A stretch of 64,000 nucleotides of DNA, from positions 114,623-178,622 of the forward strand of contig CAVZXQ010000018.1 in NCBI GenBank assembly GCA_963779315.1. Reading direction: 5' to 3'. This stretch comes from an uncultured Chloroflexia bacterium. GTDB taxonomy: Bacteria > Chloroflexota > Limnocylindria > Limnocylindrales > CSP1-4. A program made the translations under genes and the position numbers. The notes under the pieces are model-generated. The model was not told where the DNA came from. It did not search any database and saw only the letters and a list, made by a program, of their open reading frames with translations. Positions 1-12,285 of this stretch are shown here, piece by piece. How positions within the stretch are numbered: the stretch's first letter is position 1; each line of letters opens with the position of its first letter.

Positions 1-237
1 CGACAGAGACGCCTGTCGTTGGGACGCACCGGTTCTAGTGCCGGGAGGATACAACGACTCCGGGAAATCCGGCTGGCGGCGAGCCGAGCGGTCGGCCGCT
101 GCGACACCGTACCTGTCACAATGACCATCGACCATTCGGGGTGGCGAGCGAGGAGTCATGGGGGCGCCTCGCTCGCACGAACACTCCGATCGAACCGTCC
201 GGCATCGTGACCGACCAGGGAGGCCAGCCGCACCCGG

Positions 238-1204
238 ATGCTACGGATCATCCACACCGCCGATGTCCACCTGGGCGCCCGCCACGACGACCTGGGCGAG
301 CAGGCCTCAGCGCAACGGGAGCGGCAGTTCGCCGCGTTCTCGCGTGCTGTGGACCTGGCGCTCACCGAGACGGTGGATCTCTTCCTGATCTCCGGCGACC
401 TGTTCGATTCCAACGTCCAGCCGAGGCGATCGGTCGAGCGCGTGGCCGCCGAGCTGAGGCGCCTCGCGGACGCTCGGATCCGCACGGTCCTGATCCCGGG
501 TACCCACGACGTGTACGACCGGGCCTCGATCTATCGCGCCTACGACCTGCCGACGATGGCCGGCAGCACGCGCCCAGGACGACTACGTCACCGTCCTCGG
601 ACCGGATCTTCCGTTCGTGCACCTGCCCGCCTGCGATGTGATCGTCCACGGCCGCGTCTTCGCCACCAAGCGAGCGCCTCACAGCCCGCTCCGGGATCCG
701 ATCGCGGACGTGGAAGGGATCGAGGCCACCTGGCGCATCGGCATGATCCACGGCTCCATCTCGATCCCTGGCCGGACGGACCATGACGAGGTCGTCTTCA
801 CCACGGACGAGATCGCTGCATCCGGCCTGGATTACCTGGCCCTTGGCCACTGGCACTCGGCCCAGACGGGCAAGGCCGGCCCCGTCACCTACGCGTACGC
901 CGGCGCCCCGGAGGCCGTCGCCCTCGATCAGGATCGAGCCGGCAAGGTCCTGCTGGTCGAGTGCTCGGCAGATGCCGCCGCCCGCTCGGTCAAGGTGGAA
1001 GAGCGGATCGTCGGTGCCACCCGCTTCGAGAAGCTGGAGCTCGATGCCGGCGGCATCGTCAGCCAGCCGGCCCTCGTCGCGACGCTGGAGGCAAAGGCGG
1101 ACCCGAACCTCGTCCTCGACGTCCGGCTCGTCGGCGTCCGGCCGGACGAACTCGATCTTGACATGGACGAGGTCGAGGCCGCCCTCGTCCAGGGCGCTTC
1201 CTGA
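238..1204 (+). CDS. sbcD: DNA repair exonuclease SbcD (Mre11-like metallophosphoesterase). Apparent frame break near 560-620, with the two halves in ORFs 238..786 and 617..1204.
   Basis: The N-terminus MLRIIHTADVHLGARHDD...LISGDLFD is a calcineurin-like phosphoesterase motif. The C-terminal half carries GHWH. The gene lies upstream of sbcC. Confidence 0.75.
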
Positions 1205-1424
1205 AGGTCCGGGTTCGAGACGCGTCGCTGCCGGCGCTGACCGAAGGCCCCCTGCCCTCACCGGACACCATCGCCGGATCGTTCATCCGCGATGTCGAGG
1301 CCCGCATCGCCGGGTTGGGATCCGCGCCGGATCAGACGCCGGAGCAGGCGGCCGAGGCGGCCGAGCTTCGCGACGTCCTGCGCCTGGGCCGCCTGCTCCT
1401 CGCCGGGCACGAGGTATCGCTGTG

Positions 1425-3597
1425 AGGATCCGCCGGCTGCGTATCCGGAACCTGGGTCGCTACCGCGAGCTCGATATCGATCTGGCGCCTGGCCTGACGA
1501 TCGTCCGTGGACCGAACGAGGCCGGCAAGTCGACGATCGCGCGGGCCATCGAGTTGGCCATCACCCGGCGCGTGACCAGTGCCGCAGGGGACCTCGAGTC
1601 GCTCCGACCATGGGATGACACGGACGGCGCAGCGGCCGTCGTGACGCTCGACTTCGACCAGGACGAGGAGGACGGACCCAGGTCCGGCACGCTCGCCAAG
1701 ACCTTCGCCGGGGCCAAGGGCACAGTCGATCTCCGATACGACGGTAAGGCGATCTCGGACCCGGTCCTCGCCGACCAGGTCCTCGCCGAGCTCACGGGGA
1801 TCCCGACCGAAGGGTTCTTCCGCTCGACGGGATCGATCCGCCACATGGAGCTGGCGGGGCTCGCGCGCGACGAAGCGGCGTTGCGCGATCGCCTCCAGGA
1901 ATCGATCAGCGGCGCGGACCGAGGCACGAGCCATGCGCGCCGGAAGCTTGTCAAGGCGCTCCACGACCTGACGACGAAGGGCGACAAGAACCCCGGTCGC
2001 CTCAAGGTCGCCGAAGCGGCGATCGCGCAGGCCGCCGCCGGACTGGCCCAGGGCGAGATGGCGCTGGCGCAGCTCGAACGCGATCGCGACAGCCTGTCGG
2101 CCGCCCGCGAGCGGCGCGCCGATGCGGAGGCCGCGTTGCTGGAACGTCGTGGCCTGCTCGAGAAGGCTCGCCAGGCCGAGCGCCTGATCGCGGATCGCGA
2201 CGCCGTCAGAGAGCGTTACGACCGATATCGCCAGGCCGTCGAGGTCAGCGGCGGAGATCGGGCAGCTGGCGGCGAGTCATCCGTCACCGAACCCCCTGCC
2301 GGTCCTTCGCCAGGTCGTGGATCGACTGCGCGTGGGCGACGCACGACTGCGCGAACTTCGAGCTCTGCTGTCCGAGGAGGTGGAGGTCCAGTTCGACGTC
2401 GCCCCGGAGCCGTCCTGGCAGCCGCTCTCGAGGTGGTCCATCCCACTCGTCATCGTCGGCCTGGTCGTCGCCGGGCTCGGCTTCGCCGGCGAGGCTGCCG
2501 GGTTCCTGGACCTCGGGCAGCTGCCCATGATCGTCGGCCTGGTCATCGCGGGGATCGGTCTCGTGCTGGCCGCCGTGGCGTTCTGGTTGCGGCGCGGCTC
2601 GAAGATGGAGACCCAGCTTCGCGACGTCGAGATCGACCGCCGGTTGCGTGGGCGTTCCGACCTGGAGGAGGAGCTCCTTGCCCTCGAGGCGGATACCAAG
2701 CGTCAGCTGGAGTCGCTGGACCTGGAGGATCTGCCCGCCGCAGAGCAGTTGCTCGCCCTCGAGGAAGTCCATGTCCAGTCGATCGACCGACTGTCTGCCC
2801 AGCTCGAAGGGCTGGTCGGCAAGGAGCCGCCGGACGCGCTCCCGGGCTTGCGCGATAGCGCAGCCCTCGACATCGAACAGAAGACGAGCGCGCTCGAGGC
2901 ACTCGGCCCGGTCGCCAAGGAGCCGCGAGCGCGCGAGCGGCTCGAGGTCGAGGTCAAGGGCCAGGAGCACTCGCTGGAGGCGGCCCGTGATGACGAGGCG
3001 AACGCGCGCGCTCGCGTCGAGACGAATGCCGTCGATGCCGAGCAGGTAGCCGCCCAGGCCGAACGACTGGCCGTCTGGCGAGAACAGATGGCAGCGCTCG
3101 AGCGACGCCACCGGGTGTACGCGGCGACACTCGCGGCCATCGACGATGCCGAGCGGGCGACCATGAAGACCGTCACCCGCTATCTCGAGAAGCACATGGT
3201 GGGGGACCTGGCGACCGTCACCGACGGCCGCTATCGACGCGTCCAGGTGGATGACCGCACGCTGGACATCGAGGTGATGGCGCCCGAGAAGGGCGACTGG
3301 GTCAAGGTCAGCGCCCTGAGCCAGGGCACCCTCGACCTCGTCTACCTGACGGCTCGCCTGGGTCTTGTCCGCCTCGTCACCGGCGATCGGCGCCCGCCGC
3401 TCCTGATGGACGATCCGTTCGTCAGCCTGGACGACGATCGTGCCCACCGGGCCCTCGAACTGCTCAAGTCCGTCGCGAACGACTTCCAGGTCATCTACCT
3501 GACCACGTCGGACCGGTATGACGCCGCGGCCGACGCCGTCGTTGAGCTGCCAGGCCCGACCGCCAGGGACGATGCGCCGGCGGAGCCGAGCGCCTGA
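1425..3597 (+). CDS. sbcC: SbcC/Rad50-like AAA ATPase; frame break near 2290-2300.
   Basis: The N-terminus VRIRRLRIRNLGRYRELDIDLAPGLTIVRGPNEAGKSTIARAI is a Walker A motif. It is followed by a long coiled-coil region. The C-terminus ...LLMDDPFVSLDDDR... carries the signature and D-loop and lies in ORF 2317..3597. Confidence 0.75.
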
Positions 3598-3629
3598 TCG
3601 ACATCCTGTCCGGCGCGACCGGCGCCGTC

Positions 3630-4458
3630 GTGTTCGGGCTGATCTCGGCGGCCGCCTGGGGGACCGGTGACTTCGGTGGTGGACTCGCCAGCCGACGGGC
3701 CCCGGTCTTCGGCGTCGTCCTGATCTCCCAGTTCATCGGTATGGCGATGGCCTTCGGCCTGGCCGTCGTTCGCGCCGAGGGTCTTCCACCCGTCACGGAC
3801 CTGGGTTGGAGTGTGGCCGGCGGGATCGCCGGCGGGATCGGCATCGCCAGCCTGTATCGCGCCCTGTCCATCGGTCGGATGGCCGTCGTCGCCCCGGTCA
3901 CGGCCGTGCTGGCCGCCTCCATCCCGGTCGTGGTCGGGTTCGTCCTCGACGGCCTGCCGGACCCCGTCGTGCTGGTCGGGATGGGACTGGCCATCGTCGC
4001 CGTGGTCCTCGTGTCGCGGATCGAGGACGGCTCCGGCGGTCGATCGCGCGGGCTGGGCCTGGCGCATCGTGGCGGGCGTCGGGTTCGGGTTGTTCGGCGT
4101 CTGCATCGGCCAGCTGAGTGCGGGTCATGTCTTCGGCCCGTTGGCCCTGGTCCGAGCGACCGAGGCGGTCATGATCGGCGGCCTCGTGTTGGTGACTCGC
4201 TCGCCGTGGCGGCCACCTCGCGACCTGGTCCTGGCGATCTGCGGCGTCGGCGTGATGGACATGGTCGGCAACGGTGCCTACATCCTGGCCGTCCAGGCCG
4301 GCTCGCTCGCGGTCGCGGCCGTCCTCTCGTCGCTGTACCCGGTCACGACGGTGATCCTGGCGACGATCTTCCTGCGCGAGCGGGTGACCCGTGTCCACGC
4401 CTTCGGGATCGGCCTGGCGGCGATCGCGGTGGTGCTGATCGCGGCGGGGTCCGCGTAG
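3630..4458 (+). CDS. EamA/DMT family transporter; frame break near 4040.
   Basis: Polytopic membrane protein with two halves of 4-5 TM helices each. The C-terminal part is in ORF 3811..4458. Confidence 0.6.
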
Positions 4459-4467
4459 ACTCCTCGC

Positions 4468-4791
4468 ATGACCGATCCGACGCCGCCGACAGGTGCCCCG
4501 CTGACCAGCCCGACCCTCGAGACCGTCTGGCTCGTCGAGGCGACCTACGCGCCCGACGGCGCCGAGACGCGCGTGCCGTTCCGCGCCGAGCACGTGGCCC
4601 GGGCGGCCGCGCTCAAGGCGGCCGGCACGTACGTGGAGGTCGGCGCGTTCCTGGACGTATCGAGCTCGATCATCATCGTCCGTGCCGCGACCGAGGCCGA
4701 GGCGCTCGACGTGGTTCGAGGCGACGTCTACATGGCCAACGGCATCTGGGTGGAACTCCGGGCGAGGCCGTTCGGGCGGGTCGCCGACTGA
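4468..4791 (+). CDS. YciI-like small protein.
   Basis: A 107-aa ORF, LETVWLVEATYAPDGAETRVPFRAEHVARAAALKAAGTYVEVGAF, resembling the YciI/Dabb fold family. Confidence 0.55.
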   Translation: MTDPTPPTGAPLTSPTLETVWLVEATYAPDGAETRVPFRAEHVARAAALKAAGTYVEVGAFLDVSSSIIIVRAATEAEALDVVRGDVYMANGIWVELRARPFGRVAD

Positions 4792-4925
4792 GTCCGCGAA
4801 GCGTCCGGCGCCCGCCATGCGGCCCTCGCTCCCGGTCCCATCCAGCCCTTGACATCGGGGTGCCGGCGCCCAGCATGGAGGTCGGATCGCCGGTCGTCGC
4901 CGCAGACGTGTCCGGAAGGAGCGAC

Positions 4926-5141
4926 ATGAGCAAGACCAAGCCCCGGCAAGCGGAGCACAACGCCGGCGCGTTCCTCAGCCCGGTCGGGACCATCCCCGCG
5001 CCGATGAGCACGCTCAGCGACGAGTATCGAGACGAGCCGGCCGAGCCCCAGGACTCCGATCGCGTGCCCGAGCCCGAGCCGCCCGGCCTCGTCCGTCGGA
5101 TCATCGAGCGGCTGGAGCACCGATCGGAACCCGGCCACTGA
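4926..5141 (+). CDS. Hypothetical small acidic protein.
   Basis: ATG-initiated 71-aa ORF in an otherwise empty region; no recognisable domain. Confidence 0.2.
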   Translation: MSKTKPRQAEHNAGAFLSPVGTIPAPMSTLSDEYRDEPAEPQDSDRVPEPEPPGLVRRIIERLEHRSEPGH

Positions 5142-5178
5142 GATCCGGGCACGGCCATCCGGCGCCGTGGGAGCGCCG

Positions 5179-5700
5179 TCAGCTCGGCGGCAGCCGCCGG
5201 ATCTCCAGCGCATCGACCTCGGCGGGGTCGCGCACGATCACGACCTGCTCGAACCCTTCGCCGTGCAAGGGCCGCATCGTCCACGATCCGACGGACCTGG
5301 CCAAGGTGGCGACGAACGACAGTCCTCTGGCACGACCCGGTCGCGGCCGTGCGGCGTTGCGCGCCAGGACGATGCCGGGCGCCAGGTCGAGCACGATCGC
5401 GGTCGATGGGACTCCGGCGGCCGCGGCCCGGGTCACGACCGTCGCGCCGGGCGTCGCGCGGTGAGGTTGGTGGCATCCACGACGCTCAGGCGACCCGACG
5501 CGAAGCCGCCGATCGAGTGCCAGGTGGAGCGCGCGGAAGGCCGCCCGGGTGACGGACTGGTCTGCGGCGTCGCCTGCGATAGCGGCGCGAAACGCATCTG
5601 ACGACAGCATCTCGTCGCGTTCGAAGTGGCGAGCGGCGAACGTGGACTTGCCCGACCCGGCGGCTCCGACGAGCACCACGAGCGATGGATCCGGGAGCAT
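5179..5700 (-). CDS. P-loop NTPase or kinase (AAA_33/polynucleotide-kinase-like); probable internal frame break.
   Basis: The N-terminus VVLVGAAGSGKSTFAARHF is a Walker A motif. The middle of the ORF is low-complexity junk and the C-terminus is plausible again. Confidence 0.45.
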   Translation of the reverse strand: MLPDPSLVVLVGAAGSGKSTFAARHFERDEMLSSDAFRAAIAGDAADQSVTRAAFRALHLALDRRLRVGSPERRGCHQPHRATPGATVVTRAAAAGVPSTAIVLDLAPGIVLARNAARPRPGRARGLSFVATLARSVGSWTMRPLHGEGFEQVVIVRDPAEVDALEIRRLPPS

Positions 5701-5792
5701 CGACGACGGCCACGGCCGGATGATGCACCCACCGAGCGGCGCCCGGAGCGCGGGACACGTCCGGGCCGGCGCCTGGAAACGAAGAAGGGTCG

Positions 5793-7230
5793 ATGAGGCA
5801 GACCACCGCCGTCATCTGGTTCCGCCGGGACCTGCGACTCCACGATCACCCCGCCCTGACGTCGGCCATCGAGGGCCACGACCGGGTCGTGCCGCTGTTC
5901 GTGCTGGATCCGCGACTCCTCGAAGGTCGCTTCGCCAGCCCGGTGCGGACCTGGTTCATGCTGGAGTCGTTGCGGGAGCTGAGTACATCCCTGGCGGCGC
6001 TCGGTGCGCCGCTGGTGATCCGGACCGGCGATCCCGCCGATGAGGTGGCCGCGGTCTGCGCGATCGACCGGCGCGCGGGACGTCTACGTCTCGCGCGACC
6101 ACGCGCCCTATGGGCGGGCGCGGGATACCCGGGTCGTCGAACGGCTCGCGGCGGCGGGCGTGGCGTTCCACCCGAAGCGGGGCGTGCTCATCCACGAACC
6201 GGAGGAAGTGGCGACCGGTCAGGGCCGCCCGTTCTCGGTCTACTCGCCGTTCCGTCGCGCCTGGGAGCGACTCGAGCGGCGAGCGGTCCTCGCCCGCCCG
6301 TCCGGCCTGGCGGGTCATGAACTCGATGCCGGGCGTCGTGCCGTCCCTCGGCGAGCTTGGTCTCGAGGTACCGCCGCCTTCGACCGTGCGTTGCTCCCCG
6401 CGCCGGGCGAGTCGGCCGCCCGGCGGCGGCTCGAGCGACTGGCTGGAGCGTGGCGTCGATGGCTACGCGTCGTCACGCGACCGGCTCGACCTCGAGGACG
6501 GGACGTCACGACTGTCGGCGGACCTGCACTTCGGTCTCCTGTCGCCCAACGAGATCGCGGAGCGGGCGCTTGGCCCGGGTGATGGGCGGCGTGTCTTCGT
6601 GAACGAGCTCGTCTGGCGCGAGTTCTATGCGCACGTCCTGTTCCATCGGCCGTCGGTCCGCGAGCGATCGTTCCGTCCGGAGTTCGACGGGATCGCGTGG
6701 TCCCGGGACGAAGGCGCGATCCATGCGTGGCAGACCGGCCGGACCGGGTACCCGATCGTGGACGCGGCGATGCGCCAGCTCGCGGCAACGGGTTGGATGC
6801 ACAACCGGGCCCGGATGATCGTCGCCACCTTCCTGACCAAGGATCTGCTGGTGGACTGGCGGGTCGGCGAGGCGCACTTCATGCGGCACCTGGTCGATGG
6901 CGACATCGCCAGCAACAACGGCGGTTGGCAATGGTCGGCGTCGACGGGGACGGACCCGCAGCCGTACTTCCGGATCTTCAGCCCGGTCGCGCAGGGGCGT
7001 CGCCACGACCCGGATGGTGCGATACGTCCGACGCTGGGTGCCGGAATTGGCTCCCGTTCCGACGCGCTGGATCCATGCGCCCTGGGAGATGCCGCCCGAG
7101 GTGGCCGCTGCCGCCGGCGTTCGGATCGGCACCGACTACCCGGAGCGCATCGTGGACCACGGGATGGCCAGGCTCCAGGCGCTCGAGGCCTACCGGAGCG
7201 TCCGGCCGAATCGCGCTCGCCCGGAGACTG
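5793..7230 (+). CDS. phr: Deoxyribodipyrimidine photolyase; at least three frame breaks.
   Basis: The N-terminus VIWFRRDLRLHDHPAL and the FAD-binding C-terminal motifs WREFY, TGYPIVDAAMRQL..TGWMHNRARMIVA.FL.KDL..DW and NNGGWQW are all present. The pieces lie in ORFs 5793, 6040, 6110 and 6897. Confidence 0.8.
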
Positions 7231-7753
7231 AGACGCACCTCCGCTACCTCCGACTGTCCACAATCCGTCCACACCCGCCGCGAAGCTCGGGGATAACTTC
7301 ACCGGCTCCGGATGCAACTTCGTGGATAAGGCCGTTGTGGCCGACCCACCCCGGGACGTACATTTCGTCTTGCCCGAAGGGGCAGTGCGAACCAACCAGA
7401 CCGCATCGGGGAGCGATCCTCGGAACGGTCCCGGGAACCGGGTCTTTCAGCCGCAAGGCTGGGGGGCGAGGGACCCGGCGACGATCAGGGACTGCGACTT
7501 GTCGAAGCCCCCGAACCCGTCGAACGGTCGGGTCCTACAGTTCCTTCGGGCGCTTTCGTGTGCGCCGCGCGTTCGCGTGTCCAGCTCGCGCGGCGCTCCG
7601 AAGCGGCGCTCTGCCTGAGCCACGAGTCCGCGAGTCGGCGGATCCTCGAGTCCGCGAGCGGCGCATCGGTTAGGCTCCGCCCGTGCATTCCCGCTTCCGT
7701 CAAGACCCGCCCAGGACTGGCGAGTCCTCGTCGCGGTCTTCTGGGCCGTTGCG

Positions 7754-8960
7754 ATGGTGGAGGGCCTCGGCGTCGCCCAGATCTTCGCCTTCGTGCCGAT
7801 CTACCTGCGCGAGATGGGCGTTTCGGAGGCTGATCGGCTTGCTTTCGTGGGCCTGTTCACTGCCCTGATCTTCGTCGTGGGGGCGCCTCTCGTCCCGCTC
7901 TGGGGCGTGTGGGCCGACAAGTACAGTCGCAAGGCGGTCATCGTGCGCAGCGCCCTGGTGGAGGCAGTCGTCTTCGCGGTGGCGGCGCTCGCACGCGAAC
8001 CGTGGCAGCTGGCCGTAGCGATGCTGCTCATCGGGTTCCAGCTGGGCAACACCGGGGTCATGCTCGCAGGGATCCGCGATGTCGCGCCGCTGGCTCGCCT
8101 GGGCGTCACCATCGCGATCTTCGGCGCGGCAAGTCCGATCGGTTTCGCCATCGGGCCGGCCCTCGGCGGTGTGTTCGTCGACGGATTCGGCTGGAGCCTC
8201 TCCGCAGTCTTCGGCCTCTCGGCGCGCTGTCCGTCGGGACGGCGCTGCTGGTGACGTTCGGGTCCCGCGAAGTCCGGCCGGAGGTCGTCCCGCGAGGGTT
8301 CGGTCATCTCACTGGCGTTCGGGGCCGTCCGCGGCGTCCTGTCCGACCGGGTCGTCCGTCGGATCTTCGCCATCTTCGGGCTGGCCTTCCTCGCGACGCA
8401 GATGACGCGTCCGTACATCCCCGTCCTCGTCGAGGAGATCGTCGGGGTCGGGCCCGGTCTGGCATCCGCGATCGCCCTCGTTGCGGGACTGGCAGCGTTC
8501 GTCGGGGCTCTGATCTCGCCGATGGGCGGCGCGCTCGGGCGACCGGTCGGCTTCCGGCCCGGTCCTGATCGCGGCGCTCGTGGGCGGTGCGATCGCGCTG
8601 CTCGCCATGTCCGCTGGCGGACGGGGTCCCGATCCTGGCCATGGCCGCGGTCGCTCCTCGGGATGTCCACCGCGGCGGCGTCCGCGATGATCTTCGGCTG
8701 CTGGCGAAGAGCGTGCGCTGCCGAGCGGAGGTCGGCCACCCTCAACCTCGTCTACCTGCCGCTGTACGCAGCGGGCATCCTGGGGCCGGCGGCGGCGGGG
8801 TGGTCGTCACCGCGGGCGGCCTGTCGGCGCTGTTCGTGGCCGGTGCGGCCGTATTCCTGTTCGGGGCGTGGTCGATCGTCGTGATGGGTCGCCGCCAGAC
8901 GGCGGAGGCGGGCTCGCCGGTCAGCGAGGTGAGCGCAGGGCGGACGGGACCGACGGACGA
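7754..8960 (+). CDS. MFS transporter; frame breaks.
   Basis: Twelve-TM-like hydrophobic protein in ORFs 7754..8254 and 8402..8884 plus connecting frames. The loop motif ADKYSRK is present. Confidence 0.55.
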
Positions 8961-8999
8961 CCGTCAGGCCGCCACGTCCATCAGCGGAGGTCGCGGCTC

Positions 9000-9885
9000 G
9001 CGAAGTGTCGGCAGCTCCGGACTCCGCCTGGGCGTCCTGCTCGCGCAGGACGATGACCGCGAGGAGCATGCTCAGGCCGCCGTACCAGAGGGCCGGCAGC
9101 GCCAGCATCCCGGCGACCGGCACCGTCCAGCGACGGTTCGGTCTTCGCCCCCCAGACCACGACGGCGACCGCGAACGGGAGGCGCACGATGAACGGGATC
9201 GGGATCGCGGCCCACGTGCCGTCACGACCCGCGATCCGGATGAGGACCTGGATCCACTCGACCCAGGCGCCCGGCATGATCACGAAGGAGGCGGCGATGA
9301 TCGCGGCCGTCGCTCCGAGGGCGATCGACAGCTGGCGCCACTCGCCACGGACGACGAACCACAACAGGCCGATACCGGGCGTGACCTTGGTCAGGATCAC
9401 GAACGCCCAGCGCCGCGGGATAGCGGAAGCCGATGACCATCGCGGCGGCGAGCAGCAGCGAGATGTTGCCGCCGGACAGCTCGACGATCGCCAGGAGCGC
9501 GCCAAGCGCGAACAGGCGCGGTCCCGTCAGGAACCGGACCGCCAGGAGCATGATCGCCGTCCAGACGCCCATGAACACCCCCCACGGCAGGGCAGCCAGC
9601 GGCGACAACAGCTGCAGGAACGCGGGCGAGTAGACGTAGGCGCCGGGCTTGGTCCAATCCGAGTGGAGGTAGGGCGCGTGGAGATGGTTGGCCCAGTAGG
9701 AGATGGCTTCCATGCCGGTCCCCCACGGTCGCCCGATCGGCTGGGCGAGCAGGACGATCATGAGCCAGACCCCGAAGGCCACGATCAATCCCGTGATCTC
9801 GGCATTCGGCAGGCGCGACGCGACCGCCGCCGGCAAGGCGGTTCGATCGCGAGGGATGGTGAGCTGGGTGGGCAGTTCAGTCATG
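9000..9885 (-). CDS. Integral membrane protein, DUF2029/GT87-like; frame break.
   Basis: Polytopic membrane ORFs 9222..9974 and 8981..9505 on the minus strand. Confidence 0.4.
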
Positions 9886-10018
9886 TTCCCGACGGATGTG
9901 TGGCGACCGCGAGGGTCGAGCCCGGCCACGGTGCTGATGGGCAACGTACGTGTGCATGGGTGACTGTACGTCATCAGCGGCCAGACGGCGTTCGGTCAGC
10001 GTGACGTAGGATGGCGCC

Positions 10019-11022
10019 GTGCCGAACATCGCCCTGCCTCGCCCGCTTCCGCGCCCGCGTGGTCGTCGCCCGACGTCCCCGGATGAGGTGATGCCCGACG
10101 CGATCGCGTCGCCGGACATCCTCGAGGCGGCGGGGCTGCGCTGGATCCACATCGAATCACCTCGGTCGGCGGATCGGGATTGGCTGGAGGACCAGTTCGA
10201 CTTCCACCCGCTGGACTACGAGGACGTGTACTCCCGCAACCAGCGACCCAAGCTCGACCAGTACGACGATTACGTCTTCATCGTGTTGCACTTCCCCCTC
10301 TTCGACAAGGAGAGCGCGCCGCGTCCTGACGGCGGAGATGGACCTCTTCATGGGCCCGGATTACCTGATCACCCTGCCCAATGTGCCGCTCCCGCCGCTG
10401 ACCGCGATGTTCGAGCGCTACCGTGAGAAGGAAGAGTTGCGCGAGGACACCTTCTCGAAGGGATCGGGCTACCTGCTCTACAAGATCGTGGACACGTCGC
10501 GTCGACGCGTCATTCCCGATGTTGCGCAAGATGGGGCTGAAGCTCGAGCGGATCGAAGACGACATGTTCGAGGGCCGCTCGTCCGAGATCGTCCGCGACA
10601 TCTCCGAGGTCAAGCAGGAGATCATCAACTTCCGCAAGATCGTCCGCCCGCAGCGAGCGGTGTTGCGCGACCTCGAGCGGACGAAGCAGCGCTATCTCCA
10701 GGAAGAGCTGGAGATCTACTTCGATGACATCTCCGACGCAGCCGAGCGGATCTGGGACACCCTCGAGAACTACAAGGAAGTCGTCGAAGGGCTCGAGTCC
10801 ACCAATGAGGCGGTCCTGTCACATCGCCTGAATGACTCGTTCAGGATCCTGACCGCGGCCAGCGTCGTGCTCCTGCCACTGACCCTGATCGCGAGCATCT
10901 TCGGCATGAACGTCCCGGTGCCGGGCGAGGGCCAGCCGTACGCGTTCCTCGGGATCATGTTCATGATGGGCGTGCTGCTGGTGGCGCTGGTGGCCTACTT
11001 CCGGCGGCGCGGCTGGCTGTAG
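10019..11022 (+). CDS. corA: Magnesium/cobalt transporter CorA; two frame breaks.
   Basis: C-terminal LTLIASIFGMNVP (the GMN motif) followed by two TM helices. The N-terminal cytoplasmic domain lies in ORFs 10019 and 10338. Confidence 0.75.
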
Positions 11023-11090
11023 CGGCGCGGCCGCGACCAGGCTATCCAGGCCCGCCGCCGTCCGGGCGTCCCGAGGCCTGCCGCTGCTCG

Positions 11091-12200
11091 TCAGGCCGGC
11101 AGGTCGCGCTCGCCGGGTCCGACGTAGTTGACGTCCGGGCGGATCAACCGGTTGTCGGCGGCCTGCTCCAGGACGTGGGCGGTCCAGCCCGCGTGGCGGG
11201 ACAGCGAGAACGCCGCGGGGAACAGGTCCGGCGTGAGGCCGACACCCATCAGGACGGGCGCGGCGTAGAACTCGACGTTCGTCTTGAGTGGACGGTCCGG
11301 ATGCGTCTCGGCCAGGACGCGCAGCGATACGTCCTCGACATCGATCGCGAGCTGGAGCCAATCGGGTTTGGTCGGCATCGCCTCGGCGACCTTGCGCAGG
11401 GCCGCGGCCCGCGGATCGTAGGCGCGATAGACGCGATGACCGAAGCCCATCAGCCGCTCGCCGTTGGCCAGGGCCTCGCGGACCCACGCCTCGGCATGGT
11501 CGGCAGAGCCGACGCGACTCAGCTGGTCCACGACCTCGGATGGCGCGCCACCGTGGAGCGGCCCCTTCATCGTGCCGATCGCCGCGGCGACGGCCGACGC
11601 GATGTCCGAACGGGTGGACGTGACGACGCGGGCGGTGAACGTCGAGGCGTTGAAGCCGTGCTCCGAGCCGACGATGAAGTACGCATCCAGCGCGCGCGCC
11701 GTGGCGGCATCCGGCCGCTCGCCCTTGAGCTGGTAGAGGAAGCCTTCGACGAGATCGAGCGAAGGATCCGGCTCGATCGGCTCGAGCCCGTCGCGCAACC
11801 GGGCGAACGCCGCCAGCGCGGAGGGCGAGAACGAGGTGATCGCGCGGGCCTGCTCGGCGGTCGGCGGCCACGGCAGGTCCTGGGTGGCGCCCCAGGCCGA
11901 CACAGCCGTTCGAAGCGCATCCATGGGCTTGGTCGATGTCGGCAGGGCACGCAGGATGGCCATGACCGGCGCGGGGATCGGCGCGGTCGGCAGCCGATGG
12001 GCCGGGTCCCACTCACCCGTCCAGAGCAGGTTCGCGACAGCCGGGTACGTGCCGCGATCGACGAGGTCGCCGATCCGATAGCCGCGGTACAGGAGGCGTC
12101 CATGCTCTCCGTCGACGTAGCCGAGGGTGGTCTCGCCGGCGATGACACCCTCGAGTCCAGGTGAATACGGGCGGGGTTCGGGCATCGGCCAGTCGGTCAT
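11091..12200 (-). CDS. Citrate synthase or 2-methylcitrate synthase family; intact, 369 aa.
   Basis: Carries GFGHRVY and other catalytic-site motifs and is of full length. Confidence 0.85.
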   Translation of the reverse strand: MTDWPMPEPRPYSPGLEGVIAGETTLGYVDGEHGRLLYRGYRIGDLVDRGTYPAVANLLWTGEWDPAHRLPTAPIPAPVMAILRALPTSTKPMDALRTAVSAWGATQDLPWPPTAEQARAITSFSPSALAAFARLRDGLEPIEPDPSLDLVEGFLYQLKGERPDAATARALDAYFIVGSEHGFNASTFTARVVTSTRSDIASAVAAAIGTMKGPLHGGAPSEVVDQLSRVGSADHAEAWVREALANGERLMGFGHRVYRAYDPRAAALRKVAEAMPTKPDWLQLAIDVEDVSLRVLAETHPDRPLKTNVEFYAAPVLMGVGLTPDLFPAAFSLSRHAGWTAHVLEQAADNRLIRPDVNYVGPGERDLPA

Positions 12201-12285
12201 CGGTCAAGGGTAGTCGGCTCGACGATGGCACGCAGCCCGGCCTCGGGCGGCGGCGGCCGCCGGCCCACGGCCCCAGGCCGGCGAG

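Noticed and set aside
362-1261. Long antisense ORFs overlapping real genes, for example 362..1261 (-), 10819..12012 (-), 12197..13495 (-), 22426..24147 (-), 35150..36409 (-), 37851..38909 (-) and 15721..17178 (+).
   Set aside because: Their products are Arg/Pro/Gly-rich and low-complexity, as expected from stop-poor frames in about 70% GC DNA. Each overlaps a gene with clear homology on the other strand.
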